Below are positions 26,060 to 43,751 of a DNA stretch of 64,000 nt, piece after piece. Position 1 is the first letter of the stretch. Every line of letters begins with the position of its first letter. The position numbers were made by a program, and so were the translations under genes. The stretch is from assembly GCF_009914755.1 (NCBI RefSeq), contig NC_060928.1, one strand, 5' to 3'. Below the pieces are notes generated by a model. That model had not been told where the DNA came from, did not search any database, and worked only from the letters and a program-made list of their open reading frames with translations. This DNA comes from the human T2T-CHM13v2.0 reference genome, Homo sapiens.

Positions 26060-26280
26060 CAACTAATACTTACTGATGACCACTGACTATGTATCAAGCA
26101 ATGTATTGAGTGTTTTGAATTCATTTTATTTAATATTCATTACAACTCATGAACTGTGTAGTATTATTAGCTCATTATATAGATGTTTGAAAATTTGCCA
26201 GGATCACATAGGAAGTAAGTGGAGCCAGGATAGAAACCCAGATATTTCTGATATCATATCTTATCAGTTAAACCACTAAG
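26060..26280 (-). mobile_element. MIR
   Basis: Reverse MIR pattern (tttgccaggatcacataggaagtaagtggagccaggatagaaaccca). Confidence 0.65.
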
Positions 26281-26426
26281 TAACACAAATAAATTGTGGA
26301 ATAGGTCACTGGGTGCCCAGTTTCAATGTGTGCCTGATACAGTGTACTTCACATAGCGTACATTCAATATGGAGTTTTGATTTAATAAATATTTTATTAG
26401 TTTTCTATTAATAATAGTCTGGTAAT

Positions 26427-26560
26427 GTTGGGTGCAGTGGCTCAGGCCTATAATCGCAGCACTTTGGGAAGCAAAGGTGGGAGGATTGCTTGAGTCCAGG
26501 AGATCAAGACCAGCCTGGCCAACATAGACAGACCCTGTCTCTACAAAAAAAAATTTTTTA
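26427..26560 (+). mobile_element. FLAM (free left Alu monomer)
   Basis: Single monomer with A tail; degenerate TSD aataatagtctggtaa / aataacattttggtaa. Confidence 0.8.
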
Positions 26561-27553
26561 AATAACATTTTGGTAAACCTAGAGTTATGCTACTTAGGAC
26601 TCATGGTTTGTCAATTAAAAAAATTAGAGTAAAAAAGCCATCTTTAACCATAAAACCTAAGTTAGAAGACTATTTAGAATTTTTGGGGGCTAGAGAGATA
26701 CCATAAAATTATCTTTGTATATTGTTTGAAAATAGTTGATTTGAACCTGATGGATTTAGGATAAAGGCATATCTATTACAGTAGGAATGGTTTTTTGTTT
26801 TTGTTTTGTTTTGTTTTTAAAAAACCATCCTTGTTGCTTTATGGAGGCAGATGATTATGTAGAAAAGCAGTGAACTAAGAATAAGTGGACCTCAATTCAG
26901 CCCTTGAGTTTTTCATGAACAAGTTTATGATTTTGTGAAAGTCAGTCTGGGCTTGGGATTCAGATACAACATCTGTAAAATGCAAAATTGGTTGAAGAAT
27001 ATTTCCAGCTCTGACTAACATCTGTGATTTTCCTGAAGTTACTAGGACTTTCTATACAGATGGTATCTGAAGAGACAGTTGCAGCTACACTTTTGATGAT
27101 AAGTTATGCTGTTTCCCTCTTCTAAGACTTCCCTTTATCTGTTACTTAGTTTGGCAGATTACATGTTCTTTAAGATTCATTTCAAATACCTTTTTTTTTG
27201 GTTTTTAAATTTGTGAACCTCCCTTGACATTCTTAGGCAATTTCCTACTTTTTACCCATAGGATAGCTTTATATACCGATGCTGTAATTTTTACTCCATC
27301 ATTTTGTGATTATTTGTATATATGTTTCTCACTATACTATGGACATTTAAAAAACCACAACTAAGTATTTATTATACTTTAAGAAGGGAATCAATTGTGG
27401 TAGTGTTATAGAAGCTATATATATTTTTCCTAATGCCTTATGTGTTCATAGACTCTAAGTACAAACACTTTAATCATCAAATTCCACTTTTTGCCTCTAA
27501 AAATATACTAGCTCATGTGCACGAAGAGACTTGTGTAAGTTTCTTTATTGTAG

Positions 27554-27802
<249 letters not shown>

Positions 27803-27806
27803 TGAC

Positions 27807-28206
27807 TGTATTACTTTACTACGACTGCTATAACAAAATACCACAGACTGAGTGGCTTAAACATACAGAAATGTATTTATTCACATTTCTGGAAGCTAAA
27901 ATTCAGTTGAAGGTATCAGCAGGATTGAGTTCTTCTGAGGCCTCTCTCCTGGGCTTGCAGATGGTCACCTTCTTGCTATGTCCCTACATGGTCATCCTGT
28001 GGTCTGTGTCTTAATCTTCTCTTCTCTTCCAAAACAACAACAACAACAAAATTCCAGTTTTATTGGATAAGGGCCCACCAGTATGACCTTATTTTACCTC
28101 AGTTCTCTCTTGAAAGGTCTTATCTCGAAATATAGTAACAATCTGATGTAACGGTGGGTAAGACTTCAACATATGAATTTTGGAGGATACAATTAAGTTC
28201 ATAACA
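27807..28206 (-). mobile_element. MLT1A-like MaLR solo LTR
   Basis: tgtatta...ataaca with perfect TSD ttgac (27802-27806, 28207-28211). Confidence 0.88.
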
Positions 28207-28783
28207 TTGACCTACCATAAAATGCACATAAAGGGTACAGTGTGATGTTCTGAGATATACATACATCTACAAAACTATCACAGTCAAGATAATGAATATG
28301 TCCATTGTCCTTTCATATTTTCCATGGCCTCTTTGTCATCCCTTCCTTTAGCCTTTCCCTACCTTCCTCAATTCCTATGCAATCATTAATCTGCTTTTGA
28401 TCACTGTATATTAGTTTGTATTTTCTAGAATGTAATACACATGGAATCATATAGATTATACTCATTTTGTTATTCAGCCTAATTATTTTGAGGCTCAGCT
28501 ATAATGTAGCACATACCAATAACTTACTCATTTTTGTTGCTGAGTAATATTCCATTGTATGGGTGTGCCATAGTTTCTTTATCCATTCATCTGTTTATGG
28601 ACATTTGGGTTCTTTCTAGTTTGGGCCATTAAAAATAAAGCTGCTATGTACATTTGTGTACAGGTCTTATGTGGACATATTCTTTTATTTCTCTTGGGTA
28701 AATACCCAATAGTAAAATGGCTGGATTTTGTGGTAACCTTAAAAAAAAGTCTACTGTTTTTCAAAGTAGTTGTAGTATTTTAT

Positions 28784-29529
28784 GATTTAATTTAATTTAC
28801 AAATCTATATCTTAAATGACAAATAAAAATTGCATACATTTATGGTATACAATGTGATGTTTTGATATATGTATAGATTGTGGAATTATTACATCAAGCT
28901 TGTTAACATATCTATCACCTCACATGCTTATTTTTTTGTGGTAAGAACAGTTAAAATCTCTTTCCGCAATTTCAAGTTTAGATTATTATTAACTGTAGTC
29001 TCCATGTTGTGTAATCATTCTCCAAAATTTATTTCTCCTGTCTAACTGAAACTTTTTACTCTTTGACCAACATCTCCACATTGTCCCCACATTCACAAGC
29101 CCCTGGTAACCATCTTTCAATTCTCTGCTTCTATGAGTTCAACTCTTTTAGATTCCACATAAAAGTAAGATCATACAGTATTTGTCTTTCTGTGCATGGC
29201 TTATTACACTCAGCATAATATCCTCCAGATTTATCTATGTTGTCACAAATGATTAGATTTCATTTTTTATGGCTGAATGGCTGAATACTATTCCATTGTG
29301 TATATATACTACATTTTATTTATTCCCATTAATAGACACTTAGGTGGATTCCATGTCTTGAAATTGTGAATAATCTGCAATGAACATAGAAGTACAGATA
29401 TCTCACTGACTTACTGATTTCATTTCCTTTGGATAAATACCCAGAAGTAGGATTGCTGGATCATATGGTTGTTTTATTTTTAATTTGTTGATTAACATCT
29501 ATGCTGTTTCCTCCAATGACCATGGGTTA
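28784..29529 (-). mobile_element. L1MA-type 3' fragment nested in the older L1
   Basis: Second L1 3' UTR; degenerate TSD gtagtattttat / atactattttat. Confidence 0.75.
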
Positions 29530-30297
29530 TACTATTTTATAATTCTGCCATCAAGTGTATGAGAGTTCCAGTTCTCCTATATCTTTACCAATGCTTGGTA
29601 TGGTCAATTTCTACTTATTTGTTTGTTTATTGATATTTAAAATTTTATCCATTTACCCAGGTATGAAGGGGCATCTCATTGTGGTTCCAATTTCCATTTC
29701 CATAATGACTAATGATGTTGAGACTCTTTTCATGTGTTTATTTGCCACTCATTATCTTTTTTGCTGAAGTGTCTGTTCAAATCTTTTGTCCTTTAAAACA
29801 TTGGGTTATTTCTTTTGAATACAGTGATTCAATTTATTTTGAATCATTATGTATTCTGGATACTAGTTTTTTAAAAAATTATAGAAATCATTTGGAAATA
29901 TATTCTTCCATCCTGTGGCTTATTTTCTTATTCTATTAGCAGTATCTTTTGAAGAACAGTACATTTAATTTTGATAAGGTCCAATTTGTCAGTTTGTTCT
30001 TTCGTAGATTATTTTTGTTATATCTGAAAAATCTGCCTATCATAAGGTCACAAAAGTTATTCTCCTATTTTAAAAAGAAGTTTTGTCATTTTATTTTCAG
30101 TTAAGTCAATGATTCATTTTAAGTTAATTTTTGCATGTGGCAAAATAAATAGATATATTAAGGGGCAGATTCAAGTTTCTTTTTTGCATGTGGATATCCA
30201 GTTGCTCCAGCATTGTTTTTGAAAAGACTATCCTTTCTCTATTAGATTTTCTTTGCATCCTTGTGGAAAACATTTGCTCATGTATGTGTGGGGGTGT

Positions 30298-30651
<354 letters not shown>

Positions 30652-31557
30652 TGATCTACTGGTGTATGTTACAAGTACTACATTTATTTGATTACTTACA
30701 AGAAGTCTTGAATCAAATAGCGTTAACCCCCCAACTTGTTTGTTCTTTTTTAAAGTTGCTATTGTTTCTTGCCACTGAGCTAAAAAATAGTTGCTGTTGA
30801 CTATTTTAGGTTCTTTGCATTTTCATATGTGTTTTGTCAATTTCTACAAAAGTCCTCCTGGGATTTTGATTGGAATTTGCTGGAATCTGTAGAATAATTT
30901 GGGAAGAAATGACATCTTTAAAATATTGAGTAATATTTTATATATTACTGGCTAATTAATATATCTATTTATTTTGTTTTTTCTTTATTTTTTCTCAACA
31001 ATGTTTTAAGATTTCTGTTTATAGGTTTTCCACATCTTTTATGTACATTATCCCTATTTTATATATTTTTATGTTATCATTAGCGACATTTAAAACATTC
31101 AATTTCCAATAACTTGTTGCTAGTATATAGAAATTCAGTTGATTTTATATGCCAATCTTGTATCCCGAAATCTTGCTAAGCTTACTTATTAGTACAAGTA
31201 GCTTTGATTCTCGATTCCATCACATTTCTATACAAATGATCATATTGTCTGTGAATAAAGACAGTTTTATTTCTTCTTTTCTGATTTCTGTGCTTATTTA
31301 TTTTTCTTTTCTTTTTTTATTGTACTAGCTGAAACTTCCAGGACAAAGTTGAATAGAAGTGTTGAGAGTAAAAATTCTTGTCTTGTTCTGGTCTTTTATC
31401 TTTCAGTATAATACATTTTCATAGGTGCTTTTTTTTGGTTGAGAAAATTCTCTTCAGTTTCTTTTTCACTGAGTCGTTTTATGAGGAATGGATGTTGGAT
31501 TTTGCCAAATGGTTTGTTGTGCCTATTTTATGTGCCTATTATGTACATGTTGAATAA

Positions 31558-31865
<308 letters not shown>

Positions 31866-33379
31866 CTGAAGAATTTCTTTTAGCATTTCTTGTGTAGGTC
31901 TCCTGGAAAAAAAATCTGATTTGGGGAGAAGGGTATGAAAATGTCTTTATTTTTCATTTTTGTAGGATATAGGACTATGCTACAATTTTATGTAGAATCT
32001 ATTTAGAATCCTATACAGAATTCCAGACTAACATGTTTCACTTTCAGCTCTTTAAAGATGTCATTCCATTGTTTTGGAGTAATTGTTTCTGAAGAGAAAT
32101 TAGACATAATTTTTATCATTTTTTTCTTCCGTGTAATGTTTCTTTTTTCTCTGACTGCTTTTAAGATTTTTGTATCATCTTTGGCTATCAACAGAGTGAG
32201 TATGGTGTGCCTAGTTCTGTTTTTGTGTTTATCCTCTTTTGGGGTTACTATGATTCCTGATGCTGAGGTTTGATATTTTTAATCAATTTTGAGAAATTCT
32301 TGGCCATTATGTTTTCAAGGATTTCTTCTGACTCATTTTCTATCTCTCACAGATGCAATTACATATTTACTAGGCTACTTAATATTGTCCTAGAGATCAT
32401 ACACTCAAGTTTTTCACTCATTCCCCCTTTTATTTATTTATTTATTTTTGGATAATTGACCTGTCCTCAGGTTTACTTCTGCTTTTTGCTGCTGCTAATA
32501 GGCTACTGTTGTGTTTTATGGCCTGTTAGACTCCTAATATGTATTCTCTTTTGATGACAGTGTATTTTAAAAACAAATTTTGACATTGCAGTTTGGTTTC
32601 TTTTCATACTTTTCATTACTCTGCTGAAATTCTCTATATATTCATGCATGCTCTCTACCTTTTCCACTGAATTATTTGACATATTTATCATAGTTATGCT
32701 GAAGTTACTCCCTGATAAATCTAACGTCTGTGCTTTCTAGAGTCTCAGCCTGTTGACTGTTTTCTCATTTGATTATTGCTCACATTTTTTCTCTTTGTGG
32801 GTCTCAAAATTTTTTACTCTATGTTGGATATTGTGAGAAAAATAGTAGAGATTGAGAAAATTAATATTTATTTACCCTAAAAAAGTGCATACTTTTTTTG
32901 TTAGACCTTTTCTTGGGAAAGTTGAGGAAATCTGTTGTATATTTGAGGTATGTGGGATTATTTCAGCTTTAGTTGGATTAGTTTACCACTGACTTCAAAT
33001 GTTTTGAAAACAGAATAAGGTCTTTTCTATCACTAGGGCTTGTGATCTGAGCACTGGCAAGATTTCAGAGATCTCTGTGTGCTCCCAGACTGTTTTGGTT
33101 GCTAGGGAGTTCTTTTTCCTTTCCTGTTTCTGACTTTATTAATCTCAGGAGGTCTCTCTTCTTTTTGCTCTGCTGCTTCAAGCCTTTGGCATCCAGTGCC
33201 TTGTACTTAATGAAAGTTTGCAACACTCTGAGCAACTGTTCTCAGTTCTTCTGCCTTATTTCTGGCCTCCGTTGCAACTGTTTTGACCTAGTGAAGGCCT
33301 AGACTTTCTCAGACAGATTTCTTTTAACTCTTCTGCCCTGACTCCAGTCTTCACTGGGATGCTGCCTTGCACTTAGGGA

Positions 33380-33489
33380 AGGTTCACATGCCTCAAGGAT
33401 CTCTCTCTCTCAGATTTCTTGACTTTCCCTCAGTCTTCAGTATAGTCCTCCTCTGTGCCTGGTGAAGACCTGTGGTAAAGTGCTGGCAG
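33380..33489 (+). ncRNA. LINC01088: Probable first exon of the lncRNA divergent from PAQR3
   Basis: Sequence shows a perfect donor CAG|GTGAGT at 33489/33490. The identity and start coordinate rest on recalled locus knowledge (lncRNA starting ~32 kb from the PAQR3 TSS), not on sequence recognition. Confidence 0.4.
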
Positions 33490-34484
33490 GTGAGTACAGC
33501 TTGATGGTGTGGATGGGTTCCTTGGGACTCCAGCATGTCAAGCTAGTTCACACACAGGTCTTAATAGTTGTCTAAGATTCATGTAGTTCCTCATTTTCTT
33601 TTCTGTGGTAGATTCTGTTTCCTGCTGCACCACCAGGGATGAAAAAATTCACTGGTCTCTTCTTTTATAGAACGGGATGATAACTATACAGATTTTAGTT
33701 AAGTTAGCTTTATTAGTATTCTCAGCTTTTTTAATGGGATAAAAAGCAATGATATTATGGATTATCTGACTTTTCCTTTAGTATTAGGTTTGCCCAATCA
33801 TCTCCATGATTTCTAAATTCCAAACTTCTTGAATAAATAAAATTTAAAAGAAAACATTGTACTAAAGTCAAAAGAAGGGTTTTAAGGCATAGTTCTACTT
33901 TTTACTGTCCATGTATCCTTGGATAAACTACTTCTCTGAAATTGTATTGCTTGCTTTTTCAGCTTGTTGAGTCTTTCATAAATTTAAGGGTTGGAATATG
34001 TCTCTCAGACAGAAATTGATAGAGCTTTGCAAGTCTTCAGATGTATTCAAGTTTGGTAAACACTGGGTTAGGCCATGGATAAAAGATTGGTCTTTGTGTG
34101 TTCATAAGAAAACCTGGATAGGAAGCTCTTCTTCTTACAGAAAGCCTCGATTGAGAAGTAAAGCTGGGACTATTAGTCCGTGTTCTGCAGTGAAATAATG
34201 GTAGCCATGCATAGATTGATTTAAGATCTATGCATGTTAAGATACCTGTCTTAACACAGGTAATAGTCACATCAGGGAAAAGAGCAACAGGCAGAACTCT
34301 TGGCTTTGTGTAAGAGCCCAAGGAAAGGGCCTGAGAGAGTACACACTGTATCAAAGTGTAGTGTTAATGTGAGGTGTCGGGAAAAAGGTCTTGGGTGTGT
34401 GTGTGTCTGCATAATATATGTGTGGAAAACTCTCAGTGCTGGTCCTTTGAGATATGTCTGTGAAAACTCTTTCAATTAACAAAA

Positions 34485-34740
34485 ATAACCAACATTAATT
34501 GAATACTTTTTATGTGCCAGTCACTGTTCCAAGTTCTCTACAAAAGGTAATTCTTTAGTCCTTATAGTAATACTGTAGTGGTGCTGATACTATTTTTATC
34601 TTCATTTTTCAGAGAGGAAGCTAAATCACGTAAAAATTAAGAAACAGCTCAGCGTTTCACAGCTAGTAAGTAACAGAGATGGGCTTGAGACCCAGATTGG
34701 CAGGATCCAGGTCTTGTGCTCATAACGACTCTGCTATGGT
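34485..34740 (-). mobile_element. MIR
   Basis: Reverse MIR (cacagctagtaagtaacagagatgggcttgagacccag). Confidence 0.75.
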
Positions 34741-35279
34741 GCCTCCCTTGAAAGCATCTTAGTGCTTTCATTGTTGTTTTTGTTATTGTTATTCTTACTA
34801 TTATTTTGTACCCCCTTGGTGGATAGTGGCTGTGAATTTGTAGTTGTTGGTGTGTTTCTTCTGGAGCGTAAGCTCCTTCCTCCTCTATTGTTAGCCAGAG
34901 TTTTTGTTACCTTTGAAATAATTGCTAAATCAACAAAACATCTGTTACATTGCTGCTGCTCGAATGGCTATCTTTTAGAATTAGCACTCTTCTTTCTGAA
35001 TCTGATGCCACAGCCTTTTGAACTTAAGGTATTTGGATGTGTCAGTAAAGGGGCTGTGGTAGCTGTGGTGACAGCAACTCCAATGGTGGTGACCGTAGAG
35101 AATGTGGCAGAGCTGTGAATGAGATGAAGAGATTTAGTGATGGCAGAGGAAACTTTGGGATTTCACAACTTTCTTCCTCCAAAAACTATTTGAAAGCAGA
35201 TATGAGGAGTGGGAAATACAGAAACAATTCCAGCCTTTGTGCACCTTACAGCATAATGAGTGATGCTCACAGCTGATAA

Positions 35280-35530
35280 ATAATAATAGCAAATACCTGT
35301 ATAGAACTTACTATGTACTGGACACTTTCCCAAATATTTTACATGCGTTATCTCACATGTTCCACTCAATAATCCCAGAAGATGGAACTCTGATCTCTAG
35401 TTTGCAGTTGAGGAAACTGAGGCAAAGCAAGGTTAAGGAGCTTGCTCAAGATCCCACAACCAGTAGGTGACAGAACTGATATTTGAACCTAGGAAGATTG
35501 GCTTGAGAATCTGACACTTAAACACTATCC
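35280..35530 (-). mobile_element. MIR
   Basis: gaggaaactgaggc...ggttaag..gcttgctcaagatcccaca core. Confidence 0.8.
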
Positions 35531-36783
35531 TATTCTGCTAACAAATAATGAATCAGTTGGCAACTATGGTAAGAGCTACAGAGACAATGAGAAGATGAGG
35601 GGGATTGAGCTGAGTCTGGAGGGTTTGGGAAGACTTGCCTGATGAAGTGATGAGGAGTGATGAAAAAGTCAGCCAGGTGAAGGGGCTTGTGTATATGTAC
35701 ATGTGTGTGCCTGTGTTCCTCTGCCCATGCATGTGGCATGGTCAGGGAGACACATTTTTAGGACTTGTGTAACACATCTCTATAAATAGCTTCAAAATAA
35801 AATATCAATTTGTGATTCTTGTAATGGAAATTTACTTCATACACAACTTTCAGGCACTGTTTTGTAGCATAATTCAAAGTGATGCTGTCTTTGTATACGG
35901 CTTTAAGACAGTTTTTGAGCACATATCTCTGCATGTCTGTGTCCTGCTTTGTGGGCAGTAAGAAGCTTGGGAATCCCGGAAAGCTGAATTCACATTCCAG
36001 CTTTTTAGCCGTGGTCATTGCTCAGTTATTTGGGGTTGTGTTCTCTGTTTGTTGATTAATAGAAAATGCATTAAAAGTGCATAAAATAGAAAAATTACCC
36101 CCAATCAGTGCAAACGTCCACATATCTGAAGGCTTCTGTTGCAGGTGCCTGGTAATCATCAGAACCCCTCTAGTGAGACCACCAGGTTATTTCTGGGCTC
36201 CATCCCAGAGTCAATGGTCCCTCAAAAAGGAAGCTTTTGTTTACTGTAAGCAAAACCAAATGGGATTAGGAGGGCCATGGATTCAAGAACTCTAAAGACA
36301 GGGTTGAGAAATTAAGTGAGAAGGAGAAGACAGAGGAAGATCTAAGCATTGAGATTACTCCTCTGCCCAACTTAGTTGTGTTCTAACATTTTTAAAAACG
36401 AGATTAACTGGGAAGCAAATAGAAATTAGACTATTTATTAGCAAGCCTTTAGCAGTTTCTCATCAAGTGACACATTTGGTGTTTAGTGTTCCTAATGAGT
36501 TGCACTAGGGTTATTTTTACACTTTTGGGCATCTGTGGAGTGGTAAATGTGTTCCTAAATATTAGATATAATTACAATAAAATATGTTTATATAAATTTA
36601 CTTGCTACCAGATTCAGACTAGTTTTGTTTTAATCAGGGTTTAGAATTATACATGACTTTCATCTCTCTTCACCTTTATCATCATTAATCAAGAGCTGAC
36701 TATATCAGATGTCTGCACTTGAGTGGACACACTGGATCTCTTTGAATTTTGGTTTTCGAATGATTTTAATCCTCTTTTTCTTT

Positions 36784-37258
36784 TTTTTTTATTGTTTATT
36801 TTTAACATTGAGATTATTTATTAGTGACTACAAGTGGAAACAGAGCAGAGGTGTGCAACGCTCATCACCCAGATAACTAATTTGCCCTTTAAATTGCATA
36901 TCTGCCTCTTTTTTTTTTGTTTGTTTCTTTTTTTTTTATTATTATACTTTAAGTTTTAGGGTACATGTGCACAATGTGCAGGTTAGTTACATATGTATAC
37001 ATGTGCCATGCTGGTGCGCTGCACCCACTAACTCATCATCTAGCATTAGGTATATCTCCCAATGCTATCCCTCCCCCTCTCCCCCCACCCCACCACAGTC
37101 CCCAGAGTGTGATATTCCCCTTCCTGTGTCCATGTGATCTCATTGTTCAATTCCCACCTATGAGTGAGAATATGTGGTGTTTGGTTTTTTGTTCTTGCGA
37201 TAGTTTACTGAGAATGATGATTTCCAATTTCATCCATGTCCCTACAAAGGACATGAAC
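36784..37258 (-). mobile_element. 5'-truncated L1PA2-like insertion (36909-37258) with 3' transduced segment (~36791-36908)
   Basis: cactaactcatcatctagcattagg diagnostic; two poly(A) tracts; 17-bp TSD taatcctctttttcttt at 36767-36783 and 37259-37275. Confidence 0.9.
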
Positions 37259-37664
37259 TAATCCTCTTTTTCTTTCCTCCCTCCCTTCCTTCCTTCCCTT
37301 TTTACTTACTGCCTTCCTTTCTTCCTTCCTGGCAGTGGAGCAGAAGATAAGGAAACCAAGTCTGAGGTTTGCTACTCAGAGGCTGGTGAGCTTGACTTGA
37401 TCTTTCTCCTCGATAGTTTTATTGCTGGTAAAATGAGACAATTCATTAAATAGATCCCCTAAGAGCCCTGCAAGTCATAAAAAGTCTACATTTTCATTTT
37501 ACATGAAAATATTTGACAGTACTTTCAGTTAAACAGTTTCAGTTTTTGCCTGTTTAAAAGAAGGTTGTAGGCCTAGCTCTCCACCCCTCTAAACCCGAGA
37601 AAGGATTCCCACAAATACAGCTTCACCAAATTTATAGGCTCCCAGCTGAGTTAGCAGAAACCAG

Positions 37665-37763
37665 GCAGCTGAGTGGATGAGCTTCTATTAGCACAATGGT
37701 GTTTGGTTATGCAGCTGAGTGGATGAGCTTCTACTAGCACAATGGTGTTTGGTTATGCAGCTG
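37665..37763 (+). repeat. 46-bp tandem duplication (2.15 copies)
   Basis: gcagctgagtggatgagcttcta[t/c]tagcacaatggtgtttggttat x2, one mismatch. Confidence 0.95.
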
Positions 37764-38264
37764 CAGAACTGGGGAGAAAAGCTTGAGACAATATTTATGA
37801 GGTGCGACTGTGACCTGAACTTTACAACTAGTTATCCTGGAGAATGCAGGTAATTCTTTTTTATTTCCTTGGAAAAATAAATAGCTATGTAAGGTAGGCT
37901 GAAAAATGGCCCTGCAAAGATGTCCATTCTGAGATGTTCTAATCTCAGAATCTGCAAATATGTTAATCTACGTAACAAAAGGAACTTTGCAGATGTGATA
38001 AAGGGTGTGAGATGGGAGGTTATCTTTTATTTTATTTTATTTATTATTATTATTTTTTAATTATACTTTAAGTTTTAGGGTACATGTGCACAACGTGCAG
38101 GTTTGTTACATATGTATACATGTGCCATGTTGGTTTGCTGCACCCGGTAACTCGTCATTTAACATTAGGTATATCACCAAATGCCATACCTCCCCACTCC
38201 CCCGACCCCACAACAGTCCCCAGAGTGTGATGTTCCCCTTCCTGTGTCCATGTGTTCTCATTGT

Positions 38265-42099
<3,835 letters not shown>

Positions 42100-42162
42100 T
42101 ATGATGTTAGCTGGTTATTTTGCTCGTTAGTTGATGCAGTTTCTTCCTAGCCTTGATGATCT

Positions 42163-43178
42163 TTACAATTTGGCATGTTTTTGCAGTGGCTGGTACCGAT
42201 TGTTCCTTTCCAAGTTTAGTGCTTCCTTCAGGAGCTCTTGTAGGGCAGGCCTGGTGGTGACAAAATCTCTCTGCATTTGCTTGTCTGTAAAGTATTTTAT
42301 TTCTCCTTCACTTATGAAGCTTAGTTTGGCTGGATATGAAATTCTGGGTTGAAAATTCTTTTCTTTAAGCATGTTGAATATTGGCCCCCACTCTCTTCTG
42401 GCTTGTAGAGTTTCTGCTGAGAGATCCGCTGTTAGTCTGATGTGCTTCCCTTTGTGGGTAACCCAACCTTTCTCTCTGGCTGCCCTTAACATTTTTTCCT
42501 TCATTTCAACTTTGGTGAATCTGAAAATTATGTGTCTTGGAGTTGCTCTTCTCGAGGAGTATCTTTGTGGCGTTCTCTGTATTTCCTGAATCTGAATGTT
42601 GGCTTGCCTTGCTAGATTGGGAAGTTCTCCTGTATAATATCCTGTGGAGTGTTTTCCAACTTGATTCCATTCTCCCCATCACTTTCAGGAACACCAATCA
42701 GACATAGATTTGGTCTTTTCACATAGTCCCAGATTTCTTGGAGGCTTTATCCGTTTCTTTTTATTTTCTTTTCTCTAAATTTCTCTTCTCATTTCATTTC
42801 ATTCATTTGATCTTCCATCACTGATACCCTTTCTTCCAGTTGATTGAATCAGCTACTGAGGCTTATGGATTCGTCACGTAGTTCTCATGCCTTGGTTTTC
42901 AGCTCCATCAGGTCCTTTAAGGACTTCTCTGCATTGGTTATTCTAGTTAGCCATTCGTCTAATTTTTTTTCAAGGTTTTTAACTTCTTTGCCATGGATTC
43001 GAACTTCCTCCTTTAGCTCGGAGTAGTTTGATCGTCTGAAGCCTTCTTCTCTCAACTCATCAAAGTCATTCTCCATCCAGCTTTGTTCCGTTGCTGATGA
43101 GGAGCTGCATTCCTTTGGAGGAAGAGAGGCACTCTGATTTTTAGAGTTTCCAGTTTTTCTGCTCTGTTTTTTCCCCAT
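42163..43178 (-). pseudogene. L1 ORF1 (RNA-binding protein), disrupted
   Basis: MGKKQSRKTGNSK start at 43178; premature stop at 42885; frameshifts; C-terminus ...YQPLQKHAKL. Confidence 0.93.
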
Positions 43179-43751
43179 CTTTGTGGTTTTATCTACCTTT
43201 GTCTTTGATGATGGTGATGTACAGATGGGGTTTTGGTGTGGATGTCCTTTCTGTTTGTTAGTTTTCCTTCTAACAGTCAGGACCTCAGCTGCAGGTCTGT
43301 TGGAGTTTGCTGGAGGTCCACTCCAGACCCTGTTTGCCTGGGTATCAGCAGCGGAGGCTGCAGAACAGTGGATATTGGGGAACAGCAAATGTTGCTGTCT
43401 GATCGTTCCTCTGAAAGTTTTGTCTCAGAGGAGTACCTGGCCATGTGAACTGTCAGTCTGCCCCTACTGGGGGGTGCCTCCCAGTTAGGCTACTTGGGGG
43501 TTAGGGACCCACTTCAAGAGGCAGTCTGTCCATTCTCAGATCTCCAGCTGTGTGCTGGGAGAACCACTACTCTCTTCAAAGCTGTCAGACAGGGACATTT
43601 AAGTCTGCAGAGGATTCTGCTGCCTTTTGTTTGGCAATGCCCTGCCCCCAGAGGTGGAGTCTACAGAGGCAGGCAGGCTTTCTTGAGCTGCGGTGGGCTC
43701 CACCCAGTTCGAGCTTCCAGGCTGCTTTGTTGACCTACTCAAGCCTCGGCA

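Noticed and set aside
34762-35118. 118-codon hydrophobic ORF resembling a signal-peptide protein
   Set aside because: GTG start; the Leu/Phe run comes from a (TTA/TTG)-type low-complexity tract; no recognisable homology
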